Positions 1 to 14,656 are shown, counted from the first letter of the stretch. The stretch: DNA of 64,000 nucleotides from Octopus vulgaris (GCA_951406725.2 OX597818.1:19468001-19532000), one strand, 5' to 3'. Made by a program: numbers and translations. Notes: generated by a model from the sequence alone, not told the origin.

Positions 1-299
1 TATTTTTTTGGCTTATTGTACAACTTTCAGTTTGAACCTAGCTTCATATTTCATTCGTTGCCGTTGTGCCTGCGACATTTTGATGGAGTTGATACCAAGT
101 AAGATCAGTATGTTTCCTTGCAAACCAGTTGTAATTAGAACAACTTCTCAGAATAATAGAGACACCTGATTGCAAAGGTCGGTTGTTTTATAGATCCTTA
201 ATAACCTGTAATCATCGACATATATAGTACATTAGATAATTTTTCAAGAGCGTTGTCTGCAAGAAAAAAGTAAACGAGATGAGATGAGATCCGGGAGTG

Positions 300-720
300 T
301 ATTTCTGAGAAAAAAAGGATTTGTTGATATATTTCATGTTGAACTACGGTGGAGAAACATAGTAGGTGACGAGAAGAAAAGAAAACTGTTGTTAGATAAA
401 TATGCGTGAAGGAGTTATGTAGCTTGGCAGTTCAGGAAAGCAAACACTGTTAAAATAGTGATTCGAAAATGTTGTATCTGGTTATAGCGACAAAGGAAAC
501 TTTGACAATCAACTGAAATTCTGTATTTATCTGGTCTAGAATATAGTGTGTGTAACAATAGCACTGTTTCAACTGTGTGAACAGTGCTTCAACGTGAGTC
601 TTTTCTTGAGCTTTGCAGATGGACAGAAACTGATCAGATTTGAAGTATTGTCTGGTCTTGTAAAGGAAGTTTAGTCTTTGGGGCACCGTAATAGATCGTC
701 AGAGATTGTCTTTAACTAAG
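300..720 (-). mobile_element. Decayed non-LTR retrotransposon (CR1/L2/Jockey-type) ORF2 C-terminal fragment
   Basis: ORF 450-686(-) reads QRLNFLYKTRQYFKSDQFLSICKAQ, resembling the post-RT 'L..LYKAQ' segment of CR1/L2/Jockey LINEs. Boundaries are approximate. Confidence 0.4.
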
Positions 721-2217
721 TTTAAGGTGGTGCCCCGATGTAGCTGTAGTCCAATGACTGATCAACTAGAAGAATAAATTAATATTTTCCTTCAAAATTT
801 CAATCAAGATATAACATTTATAGCAGACTTTCGATATACTGATTCAATGTACACATTTTTGTTTTATGGTACAGGTGTTAAGTTAAAACTTTGAAACACT
901 TGTGATGTAATGCATATGTGATATAATATGTGAAACTATGTGATTTAATGTATATGAGGGCTTATCATTGAAGAGATATTCATAAACCTCAAACTTGTTT
1001 TGGGCCACCAGCTATCCCCAGGTGATGTTCCATTTAACAGAACCATAATCACCTTTATCAGCTTTTGCGTAGTTCGATATCTGTTTGTAGGTCTGTTTGT
1101 AGGCATGGGTGTTTACAGCTTTGTATACATAATAATCATTTGCGTGTTATGTAAATTCGCAGTTGTCTTTACTTTTACTAACGTGGCTGAAGGGGACGAG
1201 TGTGCTTTTATCCTCAGAAAACAGATTTTATGATGTTTAGCAAGAATATGAGTTGATTGAAAATATTTCCTTTAATGTCTTTTAAAGAAATGTCTTAATG
1301 GCGGCATAGTCGGGAAACCAAATGCTAGGCTTAGTTTCTCCTTCTAAATATGATCTTCAAAAAGCAAAACGTCAAGAACTTTGACTTTCATTTCCATATA
1401 TGACTAGCTATGCGTGTATGTAAAAAATAAAAGTAATAATAATAATAAACCTTTTTAGGTTAAACTTATGATAATAGATTAGTGGAATATTTTCGTTTAC
1501 TGTAGTACTTAATCAACCATAAAAGAAGAGACGATGATGTTTCTTAATCGGTATACCCTACAGTATCGGAATATTAGAATCGGTACACTTAACACTATTA
1601 GAATATAGTTTCTAATATAGTGTCCAGGAATATTCTATGTTGTGGAGTTTGATGGATTTCTTTTATAAACCAATATATACAATATTTTTATTGTTTTGAT
1701 ATAGAATATAATATTAAGCTTGCCACAACTGGCAAAGTCGATAAGATGTTAGCCTATGAACCGAAAAGGTGGTAGTTGGTTTCTCAACACTGGTCGTACA
1801 TTGACCAAAACGTTTAAACATTAAATGCCTCATTTCATGTAGCTGTAAACTGGGAGAGAGAGAGAGAGAGAGAAACAGACAGACAGAGACTAACAGAGGG
1901 ACAGACGGAAGAAGTACTGAATAATAACGAATGTTTCGTTAAATTTACAATTTTCAGGTCTCAAATCCTCCGACGGGCATGGACATAGTTTGGTGCATCT
2001 CAGTGGGTAGGGAAGGCCTTGATTATAAATATTAATTTAATTGAGATGAGGTAGATTAAGCGGGGAATGATTGCAGAATGTTTTATAATAATGGTGAACT
2101 ATCAAAGAGTATAAGAAATAAACTTTGGATTTTTTTTTTAAAGAGGATACATTGGACAATGCAGTCACAGAGAGACGGATAGTCACAACTAGAGTGTCTC
2201 TTTACATTAGATCTTCA

Positions 2218-2805
2218 CTCCGGGCGAAATGCTTAGTGGTATTTCGTCTGTCGTTACGTTCTGAGTTCAAATTCCGCCGAGGTCGACTTTGCCTTTTATC
2301 CTTTCGGGGTCGATAAATTAAGTACCAATTACGCACTGGGGTCGATGTAATCGACTTAATACCTATGTCTGTCCTTGTTTGTCCCCTCTGTGTTTAGCCC
2401 CTATTGGGTAGTAAAGAAATAGGTATTTCGTCTACCGTTACGTTCTGAGTTCAAATTCCGCCGAGGTCGACTTTGTCTTTCATCCTTTCGGGGTCAATAA
2501 ATTAAGTACCAATTACGCACTGGGGGTCGATCTAATCGACCTAATCCCCTTGTCTGTCCTTGTTTGTACCCTCTATGTTTAGCCCCTTGTGGGCAATAAA
2601 GAAATAAGAAACGTTAGCACGCCAGGCAAAATGCTTAGCAGTATTTTGCCCGTCTTTACGTTCTGAATTCAAATTCCGCCGAGGTCAACTTTGCATTTCA
2701 TCCTTTCCAGATCGATAAAAGAAGTACCAGCTGAGTACTTGGATCGATATAATCGACTATTCTCCTCCCCCAAATTTCAGACCTTGTGCCTATAGTAGAA
2801 AGGAT
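2218..2805 (+). mobile_element. SINE family A, three partial head-to-tail units
   Basis: The core 'ttacgttctgagttcaaattccgccgaggtcgactttgcc..tcctttcggggtcgataaattaagtacc' recurs three times here and many times across the window. Confidence 0.85.
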
Positions 2806-4134
2806 ATTAGATCTGCACTGTCAAGTCTGACCTATGGCTAATCAATAACAACTTGTTTCTATAGTTTTGCTTAATTTGTTTATCAAATATGAGTTTATAA
2901 ACCACATCTTCCATCTTCGTGTTCTAAATTAAGGTTTTATGATTTCCGGCATTCCATTTCATATTGCCTTTCATTTAGAACATGCAGTGCTATCTTGAAG
3001 GTCAACTCATTCCTTCTCCCGTCCATTACATTACTTTTACTGTTTCTTTAACTCTTAATTCGTTCTATCATCCTCATCTTCATCATCATCCCCATCACCA
3101 TCACCGTTAATGATAACAAAAACAACAGCAACATCCCTTCTTTCTTGTGTTTTATCTTCCCCTGATTCGAGTGTGTAGATAGATATAACCGTATGGGTTT
3201 CTAATAAGACGATAAAAGGGACACGCGCGCGTAATACATTTATGTTATTGTGAAAAATCTTTGCTCTTACACTTAGAGGTTGACAATTTTAGATTTGTTA
3301 GACGTAGCATAATCATTACAAAAGGGCTTCAGCCGATTCCAAGTATTTTGCACCATATTCGAAAAAAAAAATAATGGTTAAAATTTACAAAGCTATAATG
3401 AATAAATCAAATTCCAATGCAAGAAAACGTCATAAGAGAGATTGTAACGTCATTTGACAAGACAGAAAAATAGGCAAGAATTAACATAACGTGCGTGTGT
3501 ATATAGTTGTACATAAACGGATAAGCATATATATATTTGCATGAGAGGTTGTAGTAGGCTCGCAAGTCACATCATTAGCTTCTCTGGCGATCTTTCTCAT
3601 TTTTTTCAAATGAATTTGTCGGCTAAAAATATTATCTGTTTCTAACTTTCTGTATTTCAGACTTAATATTTATTCGAAAATGGTACAAATACTCACTTGA
3701 AAAATGTCTTAAATAATTATACGGCGAGCCAAAGATACAAAGTGTTATGGTTTCTGAGAATCCCACTTTGGGTGAAAGCATAGTTGCGTTGCTTAAATTA
3801 TTTACATTTGTTATAAACTTTTGCTTTATTGTTATTTATATAAGTATTGAGTTCTTCTGAATGTTCGGTCAAATTAAAGATTTGGCCAAAACATATATAC
3901 GAACACACGCAAATTAAACATGCACGTACACATTGTGTATTTTTGCATACGTTTGAAGTTACGCATGAAAATAATACACACGTATATCTGTGTGTATGCA
4001 TGTATAAATTCATATTTGTAAATGTATGTATATACGCATCCAAATATGTATGCATATATACATATGTATACATATATACATATATATACATATGTATATA
4101 TACGTATATGTATATATATACGTATATGTATATA

Positions 4135-4478
4135 AAAAGGGTAAAGACCCCCTTCGGTCATGAATGACCATGGGATTGCACCTAGAAAGTTACCCTCCTA
4201 GACACAAGTCCGGGCAAGGTTTTTTATGGAAGACCAGCAATCACCCATGCATACCGGCCTCCCCTCTCCACGCCACCAGTGTTATCCAAGGGAAAGACAA
4301 AGGTCGATACAGCTTGGCACCTGTGACGTCGCAACTCATTTCTACAGCTGAGTGAACTGGAGCAACGTGAAATAAAGTGCTTTGCTCAAGAACACAACAC
4401 GCAGCCCGGTCCGGGATTCGAGCTCACAACCTCACGATCGTAAGCTCGACGCTCTAACCACTGAGCCATGCGCCTTCA
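4135..4478 (-). mobile_element. tRNA-derived SINE family C
   Basis: Reverse strand starts GAAGGCGCATGGCTCAGTGGTTAGAGCG (A box) ... GAGCTCGAATCCC (B-box-like). Related copies lie at 27725, 39651, 42684, 55290, 58050 and 60300. Confidence 0.85.
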
Positions 4479-4839
4479 CATGTATATATATACGTATATT
4501 ATATATGTATAATATATGTGAGTGTGTGTGTATGTGGTCGTCTGTGTGTGTGCGTGCGTGCTCGCACGCATAGAGGGAGAAACAAGGATGAGGAGGTTAG
4601 AAAGCGGATGCCTGAACGTATGTTTATATATGTATATCCTTCGTTCTATATCTTGACTCTATCTTGCCCGCGTCCGCCTTATCACGATTTTCACTTCTGT
4701 TTGTTTCTTCTTCTATTCTAAATGTTATGTCAGCTTACGAACATCTTGTCTGTCTTAAACTTTCTGACCTTTGCGCATGATCGTCGGTGGCTCTAGAAGG
4801 AGAATAAATAAATACATTCAATCTGGACGTCTGTTTGGG

Positions 4840-5558
4840 GGCTAGCCATTGGCTGTGAATAGATAACTTCTGATTAACCATTCCGCTTCCTCCATAGACT
4901 CGCATATTCTTAGAAGTGTGAGCAACGCCAGCTGTTAATCTCAGTTGGCATCGCAAAAAGGCTTGAGAAAACTTGCCATAGTTTTAGCTTTTGTGTCTGT
5001 CAATGTATATCTACGTGTTTGCATATATATTGTATAAGACGTAATAGTAGTATACAGCATCAAAGAGTTGCTGTTATTTCTTTTTTTGGTGAAGAATTTT
5101 GCCACTTGTTTTCTTGCTTCACTGCAACAAAATTGTAATTTGCTAGAATTTAGCAAAGCGTGAAGAAAAGTAAAAATAATTGTAAAGGAAAACGCCTCAC
5201 TTACATTGAAACTTGCCTGGGTGTCTAAGGAATATTGCGTTTACAATAGATAAGAGATAATACAATTATTTCTCTATCTCACGGAATTACTTTCTGATTT
5301 AGCCAAACCTAAAAAGTAAACTTCGAGGAATACTTACATAAATACACACACACACTCACAATTGAAAACTCATATGCAGAGAAATAAATAAAACAGCTTT
5401 AAGAGTGAAAACCCCTAAAGTTCTAGTATATTAGGCAACAAATGTAGTTGAAGCCATTACCTGCTATTTGCGACATAGCTGACGTCACAAGCGACAATGG
5501 AGAATCTGGATTGGCATCCATTATACATGTCCTTCCACCATCATATTTCAAGGTAAGG
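4840..5558 (+). promoter_or_regulatory. Candidate promoter and non-coding first exon
   Basis: Largely repeat-free stretch with ATTGG (~4848), Inr-like TCAGTT (4941), a perfect CRE TGACGTCA (5480-5487) and a strong donor AAG|GTAAGG (5552/5553). Motif evidence only. Confidence 0.25.
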
Positions 5559-6538
5559 CCTTGCATACTTTTCATGCATAATCATACTCGCGTGCGCAAG
5601 TTTGTACACACATACACACACACTCACAATCACGCAGATTATACATACACACACACCTATATATACATATATACAAAATTATAAAAAATATGTATCATAT
5701 GTATATACACACATGCACACACAAACATACACAAAACACAAACACACGCTTATATATATATATATATATATATATATAACCGCCCTCTTGACGGTTTTCT
5801 GCTACTCCCCTAACAATATTTTCACGCTTGTTTCCCAATTTGAGTAAATTTTCTGTTACGTCAATTTTACCTTTGTATCCTATATTTGTCCAATAGTACT
5901 CACTCGCTTTTTAGATATTTCTTTTAATTTTTTTTATCTCTCACTTTTAAATAAACTTCAAGGTTGCTTAGCCATGCTAGAAATAACAGGAATTATGCGG
6001 GTATATTCTAATGCCTATATCATACCAATCAGCCGTACCAACAAATTTACCTCTGGTAATTTAATTTTTTCTTAAATTATGCCGGTATCTCCGGAAAATT
6101 TCATGTTATTAAAAATTATCCATTTAAGATATTCCAGGAGGGTGTTTTTTTTTTCGTGGCACTAATATTTAGAATAACTGCTAGCACTCAATACCAAAAA
6201 AGGAAGTATTATATTGACTTTACTTGTACTGAGTAAAAGTCCTCAGTTTTTCGTATATGTACATATCAAAAGATTTCGTAACTTTGCATGAGAGTGAACT
6301 GAAATGCAACACCTAGTATATACTGGGAAAAAATCCTATAGCAAAACTTACTGTATCTTAACTCGTGTGATTGTATAATTTATTATTTCCTCTGCCTGAA
6401 GTTATTGCATTGTTTGGAATATTTCTGCAACTTCAGCAGGTATCTCGGGGTAAAAGGCTTTTGTTCTCTAGCCTATACCCTTCACTTAATTGGAGCATCA
6501 TGCACTGATATAGACTCCTATCTGCAGACTCTTGTTAA

Positions 6539-6585
6539 TCACAGCGACTGTGAGCTGGTCACAGCGACTGTGAGCTGGTCACAGC
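6539..6585. repeat. 20-bp tandem repeat (tcacagcgactgtgagctgg), about 2.3 copies
   Basis: Read directly; each unit contains the mini-hairpin TCACAG-cga-CTGTGA. Confidence 0.9.
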
Positions 6586-6811
6586 TACAATGACTATCTC
6601 CCCATTGGCCTTCATCGGTTATTTGAGCTCCAAAGCAATCTTCTTTCAGAAATATTCAATCGATCTTGGTGAGAAGCCGATTTCAATTGACGCGAGACTG
6701 CATGATATGATACAGTATATATACATGATTAAATATCCAACTGTGTCATAAATGGTTGCCACCACTAAATTTTGATTTTCAATACTACACATTTAAATCT
6801 GCTCCCCCACC

Positions 6812-6819
6812 TCTCTCTC

Positions 6820-6875
<56 letters not shown>

Positions 6876-6935
6876 CATACCTCACACTCTCCTATCTCTC
6901 TCTCCCTCTCTCTTTTTCTTTCTCTAATTCTCTGC

Positions 6936-6975
<40 letters not shown>

Positions 6976-7073
6976 CTGTGTGTATGTGTATGTGTGTGTA
7001 TGTTTGGAAATACAAAAACGAAGAGTACCCAATACTTACATGTTTATATATATATACATACATACATACATAT

Positions 7074-7104
<31 letters not shown>

Positions 7105-7113
7105 CATACATAC

Positions 7114-7144
<31 letters not shown>

Positions 7145-7262
7145 CATACATACATACATACATACTTACATATATACATACATACATGCATATATACATA
7201 CATGCATGTACACACATATATGCATATACGCACGTACACACACATAACGAGAGAGAGAGAAA
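6812..7262. repeat. Compound microsatellite (CT)n/(CTAT)n/(AT)n/(CATA)n
   Basis: Read directly; it explains the YIYI/HTYI ORFs. Confidence 0.95.
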
Positions 7263-7623
7263 GAGATTTAATAGTATTTTATTAAATAAGAATCCAACTA
7301 CAGTGTGGCAGCCATTTGTATCAGAAGATGCTAATTTAATTGAAGCGATAAACTATATAAGAGGATTACCGTGGAAGAAGATAAGATTAGATTCTTACTG
7401 TAACACTATTCGTATGTGCGTACATTTATAATGTATCATCATACGTGTTCGTGTATGTATAAATATAAATGTATGTACGTATGATATACATATATATTCA
7501 CACATGAATATACTTATATAAATATATATTTATAGAGGGATGTATATATTAGAATGTATAGGCGTTTAACCTATATGAGAATATGTTAACAACGTTTCAA
7601 GCGTTATCTGATAAAGAATTCGA

Positions 7624-7672
<49 letters not shown>

Positions 7673-8039
7673 TAGAGAGAGAGAGAGAGAGAGAGAGAGT
7701 GAAAAATACGTATTTTTAGATCATAAAATGTTTTAAAATACTATAAGTAGAACAATGTGTTTGTCTATGTATGTGTGTATTCATGTGTTAGTGGATATAT
7801 ATAAATATATAATGTAAGTGTGGGTGTGTGTGTGTGTGTGCACAAAAGCAAGAACTCATACGTAAATAAATATTTAACTCTCACACACGTTCTGTGACTT
7901 GGTTGTTCCGTGAATTGGTTTGGTTGTTACCTTACCTTACAAGACTAAAACGCGTATCTTTTTTAATGCCTTTCCATAGCTATGTATATGTACACACGTT
8001 TCATCTGAAGCAACATACAAAAGCGAACACACACCCACC

Positions 8040-8048
8040 CACACAGAA

Positions 8049-8104
<56 letters not shown>

Positions 8105-8118
8105 GTACAGACAGACAA

Positions 8119-8204
<86 letters not shown>
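8040..8204. repeat. (CA)n plus (GATA)n microsatellite
   Basis: Read directly. Confidence 0.95.
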
Positions 8205-8206
<2 letters not shown>

Positions 8207-8492
8207 AATGGAATACGCAGAACAAGAGGAGACAAGCGGAATAGAGAGTCGCTGATAGGTCACAGGATGTGTGACGAAGGAGCTTTGACAAAGAAACTAA
8301 AATAATCATAATAATGAAGGTGAAATGAAAACCTAAATATATAATGCCCGTGTTTAATTGGAAAATTATGACTATCCCCGATATATACACTAATGTTTGA
8401 TCTTACGCTGAATTATAATATAAACAACTTAACATTAAATTGAAAAGAATTATTTAATAATATTTGTAGAGTACATATGTATTATACATTTA

Positions 8493-9357
8493 CTAGAAGA
8501 GGGGTAAAATTGACTTAGAAGTATCAGTACGGTAGCCTTCGTCGGATTGTGGGATATTTGGGTTTATCTTAGCTTTATATAGTCGTAGGTAAGTTGGGTT
8601 TTTTGGGGGTTTTTCGAATTGGGTGGAGCTATGTGGGATGATAATTAGGTTCTGTGTACATACATCTGATAGTAGATGTATGAGTGGAATAAGAGAGGAG
8701 AATAAGAAGGAAGTAAGTTTGTCATCGTAGTTTATTACGTCACATTTCTTGACATAATGTCTCCAAAAAAGAGATCCTCCCTCAGTCGGAAAACGGCGGC
8801 AGCAGAGAAATTGAAAAGAAGGAGAGCAAACGATTCGTCACATGAAACTTCGATTAAACAATCACAGAATGCTGCATGTACAACTACTGCAAGAGCAATG
8901 GAAAGTGATGAGCAGCGTAGTATTCGCCTGGTCAGGAATACTGCATTAACAACTTCAGCCAATCTCCACCCCTTACCACATCATTTTTTTCATGTAGATT
9001 TCTCTCATGAAGTGCTGTTGAGCGCGCCCACAGTCTTAATTTATCACATATATGTAGTTCCTATGTCAGCTGATTGTTCAGCGTGGTAGCGGCGGCACCG
9101 ACAGCCGCAAAAGAGAATTATATCCACAGAGAACATTTTGGTGCGTTCAAAAATCACGTACCCCCACCCACTTTTCCATGACAAGGTTAGGGCTTGGAAT
9201 CTCGCAAACAGATGCATGGTGTATCATTTATTCGAATTAGCCCTTCATTTGCTCCACAAATGTTTTGTTGTCAATGCTGCACTTCCCCGAATCAAATGTT
9301 TCAACTTAACTGTACCATATATACAAACTATGCCATTTAAATCCCGAACAACGTTAG
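8493..9357 (+). mobile_element. Probable Helitron-derived remnant with an N-terminal Rep/helicase fragment
   Basis: ORF 8757 begins MSPKKRSSLSRKTAAAEKLKRRRAND...ARAMESDEQRSIRL, resembling the basic N-terminus of animal Helitron RepHel proteins, then loses similarity. Boundaries are uncertain. Confidence 0.45.
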
Positions 9358-10420
9358 TATATATATATATATATATATATAGGGAGAAAAAAAAACAAAA
9401 GACGAAGCCTGGTGGTGTAGAAAACAAACAGGGAATAGAAAAAGTCTTTTATGTTTCGAGCCTACGCTCTTCCACGGAAAGGAACACAGAAAGAAACAAG
9501 GAGAGAAACAAGGACAGAAAAAAATGTGTGTGGTGGCTACCGATCTATCATTGCGAATGATATGTGTGTGTGTGTGTGTGTGTGGTGTGTGTGTGTGTGT
9601 GTACTTAAGCTATGCACACATTTATACATTAGACGTACATTCATGGACAAATATATACGCATACATTTACAAATACACACACACACACGTACGCAAACAC
9701 GCACACACACATTTGCGTAAGCCACGCACGTATTTATACATTACACGTATATTCATGGACTCAGATATACACATACATGTACAAACACACATACACACAT
9801 GCATACCTTTATTGCTAGATAAATATTTATACACACACATATATGCACACATAGAAAGCTGTCTCTTCATTTATTTATTCTTCGTCATCAGCGACTTACC
9901 CGGCATTCTATGATATAAGCCGAGCAGCAGGGTAAGCCAAAGAATTACTGACATAGCTTTCTTGTTGGCCATAAAGATAAGTTATCAGTAATATTTTGAT
10001 AACTGAAGTAGCTGTGTCATCTGTGTTGAAGTAACAGGTTACGCAGGGTCATCGGGATAATACCAAATGTCTCTTTTATCCAAGTGCATGTGTGCCTGTA
10101 TGATATGTATGGGCGAGGAGTATCAGTGTGTGTGTCCGTGTGTCAGTGCGGCTGCGTAAGATAGATATTCCTTAATCTATGAAAAAGCTCTGCAGCAAGC
10201 ATTTCATTTTCGTTTGTGTAGTATAGGGCTTGATAAAAGTTATAAACATAACCTCTTGTGTTTAAATTAAAGTACTCTGTTGACGTTTTTTTTTATCTGT
10301 GTTGTGTGACTGTTGATGCTATATATTTCTTGAATGAGTTTAGTCGCAGTCATATGTGTGTGTGTGTGTGTGTATGTGTAATATGTATGTATGTATATTT
10401 ATAATGTGTGTGTGTGTGTA

Positions 10421-10580
10421 CAGGGTGTTTAAAAAAATTTGATATCATTTGAGATGTATATATCACAGAAACTACATAGTCAAAGGAAATGAAACTAAAC
10501 AGGCTTAATAAGATTTATTCTCCAAATTTGAATGAGAAATTCAAAGGTGTGTGGATTCCATGAACGATTTCTGCCAGCAT
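10421..10580. mobile_element. Tc1/mariner-like terminal fragment
   Basis: TA|CAGGGTGTTT start typical of Tc1/mariner TIRs; no partner end found. Confidence 0.35.
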
Positions 10581-11547
10581 GTGATATATATAGAGAGAAG
10601 AGAATAAAAATTATATATATAGAGAGAGAAGAGAATAAAATATATATATATCACATCTTCAAGACAAACGGAATGATTCAATTTTGTGAACTGAACTGAT
10701 GCAAACAACAACTAGGTAGTTTGAGTTTGCTTCTGTAATGTCAAGTGTGATTTTGCAAACGTACGGATCCACTTGTCAGAACCAGATCCCAAATCGAATG
10801 ACAAAGTAGACCAAGACAACTGATTAACTCTGCTTTCATGCGCTGTCTAATTAGTCTGACTAATTCCGATTGCTAGGTGAATAGAGGCAATATAGATTTC
10901 AAGGTTATGCTAAAAAAAATCACACACTATGTATGGATTTGAACTCATAAAGTAAAAGTACGTTGTCCAATCCAGCGCCTTAACTAGTCGAACATCTCAA
11001 TTACAGTATTTTCTCGTGGATAATGCGAGAAAATTAGTACAGGATCTAATTGATTGATTGATTGATTCTAGTTTCAGCTTATGAGCTGTGGCCATGCTGG
11101 GGCACCGCCCGGAGCAGGATTGCAGTATTCTCGGATGTAAAAGAGAAGAGAATAAAATATTATTGATTTATGTCTAGAAAAAGTATGAGCCGCATTATGA
11201 TCAAAATTGCATTGTACTCGAGTTGAATAGCATAAATATATTAATAGATGTGGGTGGGTTTTCGTTTTTTCGGCGTAGAGATAAACTGATTAAACGTAGT
11301 GTTTCCTTTTATCTACCTCGCGAAATCAACTCAGTCTACTGCAGTGCTTTCAAAGTGAGCGTTACCGCCCCCTGGTGTCTACGTGTGGGTGGGGAGAGGC
11401 CATGAGAAATTTTAAATGGGTACTGGGTACAAAGGTAGCGGTAAACGAGCGATAGACTCATTGTTGCAGATTTTTTTGTTTTAGTCTTTGCTATCTCTTT
11501 AAATATTACTTTTAAGACAAAATTTAAAGTAATATGATAAATTTAGG

Positions 11548-11760
11548 ACAGTGAGCTGGCAGAACCGTTAGCACGCCGAGCAAAATGCTTAGGGGCATTT
11601 CCTCCGTTTGTACGTTCTGAGTTCAAATTCCACCGTGGTCGACTTTACCTTTCATTCTTTTGGGGTCGATAAAATAAGTACCTGTTGCATACTGGAGTCG
11701 ATGCAATCGACTTAGCCCCCTCCCCCGAAATTACTGGCCCTGTGCCAAAATTTGAAACTA
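11548..11760 (+). mobile_element. SINE family A
   Basis: gagctggcagaaccgttagcacgccgagcaaaatgc...aaatttgaaac matches the other family A copies. Confidence 0.85.
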
Positions 11761-12199
11761 ATGTTATGATAAATTGCTCGTTTGCTACAACCGCAACAAT
11801 AATGACATCGTTAGCAATAATAATAGACTTCATGTGGATAAGCAAATAAATAACAAAAGCGAATATATTCCGCTTATTCTTATAGTATTCTTATAGGAGG
11901 ATGGTACTGTGGTAAGTTGTCACCTGCGTCAAACTAGCACTCAGTTTGCTTGTCCTGTGCATCATATGTGATACATAGGACATATTCCCCTGCGTTCGTG
12001 CATCATTTGATACATATTCCTAATTTTTTACAACCACGTTACTTATGAAAGTAATGTTTTATATCAATTATTCAGAACGTATGAACCAAGATATACTCAC
12101 ATTTTATATCGCGCAACAGAATCGGAAAATCGTGTTTTCATTGACCTCAGACGTCTAGAAAATCAGAGTTGACTTCTAACCTTCTATCCTTCAAATCAG

Positions 12200-12669
12200 G
12201 TGTCGACTGCAGAAGTACCTACTTTGCACGTACCTTCCAATACTCAAAGTCTTCCACCATCTTCTGTAATGCATTGTAACCACTGTCCAGTTTTGCAACA
12301 AGCTTACAGATTTTGACTCGTCTGTCTGCGCGAATCAAGCCGTCCACTCGCTGATGATTCGGGTCGAAGTTGATGGTCTCCCACTGTGTTCAATGTCTTT
12401 TGTGACAGTTTCCTCTTCTTTAAACTTCATCCATCTGTGCACACACTTGCCAATGGTATCATCTCTCTTAAACAATCAATAGCCTTCTGTACATGTCGGA
12501 CAGTCTACACCTCTCCTTCGTGAAGAACTTATTAACGACACGCTGCTCCGCCTGGAACCCAATATTTCTCTACAATGACGAAGAACAAGAAGAAGAGTTA
12601 CTCTAGAGAAAGAGACCTATAACAAAAAGACTCATGCCCACTTTTGCATTACTTTCTGTAGAACTCTCG
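12200..12669 (-). mobile_element. Decayed mariner-like transposon, 5' part
   Basis: Reverse strand begins CGAGAGTTCTACAGAAAGTAATGCA (mariner-like TIR), followed by a degraded HTH-like coding region. Confidence 0.45.
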
Positions 12670-13379
12670 CATTTAGATGCATATACGAATACACACTTAC
12701 AAAATCCACCTACAATGCGGCTGGAAAATCAGTACTTTGTCGATTTGACTCTTTTTTTTCTCAAGCTACAAACTCTCATGACTAATTCGTCGTCATGTCG
12801 GTAAGAGGTTATATTTGGGCTTCCTGGTCTTGTCCCAGTATTCGAGATAGAGAGATGGATCGTTTAAGGACTGTGAAACATAAATAGCATTTTAGGAGTT
12901 CTTTTGAAGGACAAACGATAGAAATTTGATGTAAAAGAGAACTGTAAACTAGATTATACTTTGTAAAATAATTAACATTTACTAGATTGAAGTCTAGATT
13001 CTGTATTGCGGCTCGGTTGATTGCTTTTTATCAGTTAATATATTTTCCAATTCCTTCTAGTGAGGTGGTGGCAAAATTAGAATTAGAGATATATCATGGC
13101 CCAATTAGAGTGTTATATATTGAATTTAAGTAATTCCAGAATACTATAAGTACTTTTCGTAAAGCGATTTCGAAGAGTAGAAGAACAAAATCTTCTCGAG
13201 CCAATCTTGTATTTAGAATCTATAGAGATTAAGCTAAATAATTTAATAAGCTTTTTCGTCCATTGCTCTACGCTTAAACGGACAAAACTCACAATACTAT
13301 CGGGGTTGGGGGTGTTGTTAAATTATTTATTAATAATGTGAAAAGCAAATGATTAACTTTTCAAGCGGACGCCACAGAG

Positions 13380-14240
13380 ATGAGTTTCATGACGTTGCGC
13401 CAGGAATCTTCGTCTTCCATTAGCTTTTGTATGTTCTCAGTTTCATGTTGTATGTCTCTACCAATACCATCAAGATAGTTGGGTGATCTTCAACGTCTAT
13501 AAAGCTGCAGAAGCCTCCCAGTACGATTGCAGTGGCTAACAAGGCTTGTCCTACACTGAGCAACAAAAGCGAGGTGCAGGAATGGCTGTGTGCTAAGTAG
13601 CTTGTTTACCAACCACATGATTCCGGGTTCAGTCCCACTGCGTGGCACCTTGGGCGAGTGTCTTTTACTATAGTCTCGGGCCGACCAAAGCCTTGTGAGT
13701 GGATTTGGTAGACGGAAACTGAAAGAAGCCCGTCGTATGTATGTATATATATATATATATTTATATATGTGTGTGTGTGTTTGGGTGTCTGTGTTTGTCC
13801 TCCTAGCATTGCTTGACAACCGACGCTGGTGTGTTTATGTCCCGTTAACTTAGCAGTTCGGCAAAAGAGACCGATAGAATAAGTACTGGGCTTACAAAGA
13901 ATAAGTCCCAGGTCAAGTTGCTCGATTAAAGGCGGTGCTCCAGCATGGCCGCAGTCAAATGACTGAAACAAGTAAAAGAGTAAAAGAATATAGGTAGAAT
14001 GTGTCCATCATAAATCTTTTCTTTGGTCTTGTGTTCACGCTATGGACAGCCTTGATCCCTCGTGAAGAGCCCGCTGTACGCACCATCAAGGCAATCTTGA
14101 CGCTCCTTCTTCTTAGTCTAAATTTCAGCTCCATATAGTAAAAATCTATCTACATATGCCCTGAGTAAGATCGGCCTTGTTGATTTCTGACATATGTGAT
14201 TGAAGCTTCTTACAGGTGCTCTAGACTCGTCCCTTGCGCA
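13380..14240 (-). mobile_element. RTE-like LINE fragment interrupted by a SINE (13570-13990)
   Basis: Reverse translation shows an 'LYGAEI..K....RLP/LDGAY' segment typical of the RTE post-RT region; heavily decayed. Confidence 0.4.
13570..13990 (+). mobile_element. tRNA-derived SINE family B with internal microsatellite
   Basis: Head ggtgcaggaatggctgtgtgctaagtagcttg...gggttcagtccc and tail gactgaaacaagtaaaagagtaaaaga; near-identical to the copy at 40355. Confidence 0.85.
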
Positions 14241-14625
14241 TCAGGGTTATTTAAAATATAGTTATTTTCTAATGAACAGACAGATATATAGTGACATTTT
14301 TTAATTAAACCAAGTACTTTTGCAGAAATAATGGAATCTAATGTGAAAGGAAGAAGTAAGGACTTTGCCTGCACGTTGGCTTATATGAGCACAAAAACAA
14401 AAACAGCTAAAAATTGCAAACATATTTTACTTTTCAGTCCTCATATAGTTACATCACGAAAGTAAACAAAAATATAAACCTAATTATACATACATATTTT
14501 TCTACATCAATGGATCTATTATGTCACAAAATTCTCACACTATACACTTATTCTTTTTCGCCTTCAGTTTCATTTAGATAAGATATAAATTCATGCACTC
14601 TGTTTTACTAAGACACTTTTCCCTA

Positions 14626-14656
<31 letters not shown>

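Noticed and set aside
5497-5552. Upstream coding exon extending the sHSP N-terminus
   Set aside because: Joining it to 49771 is out of frame, and the main frame has a TGA at 49777.
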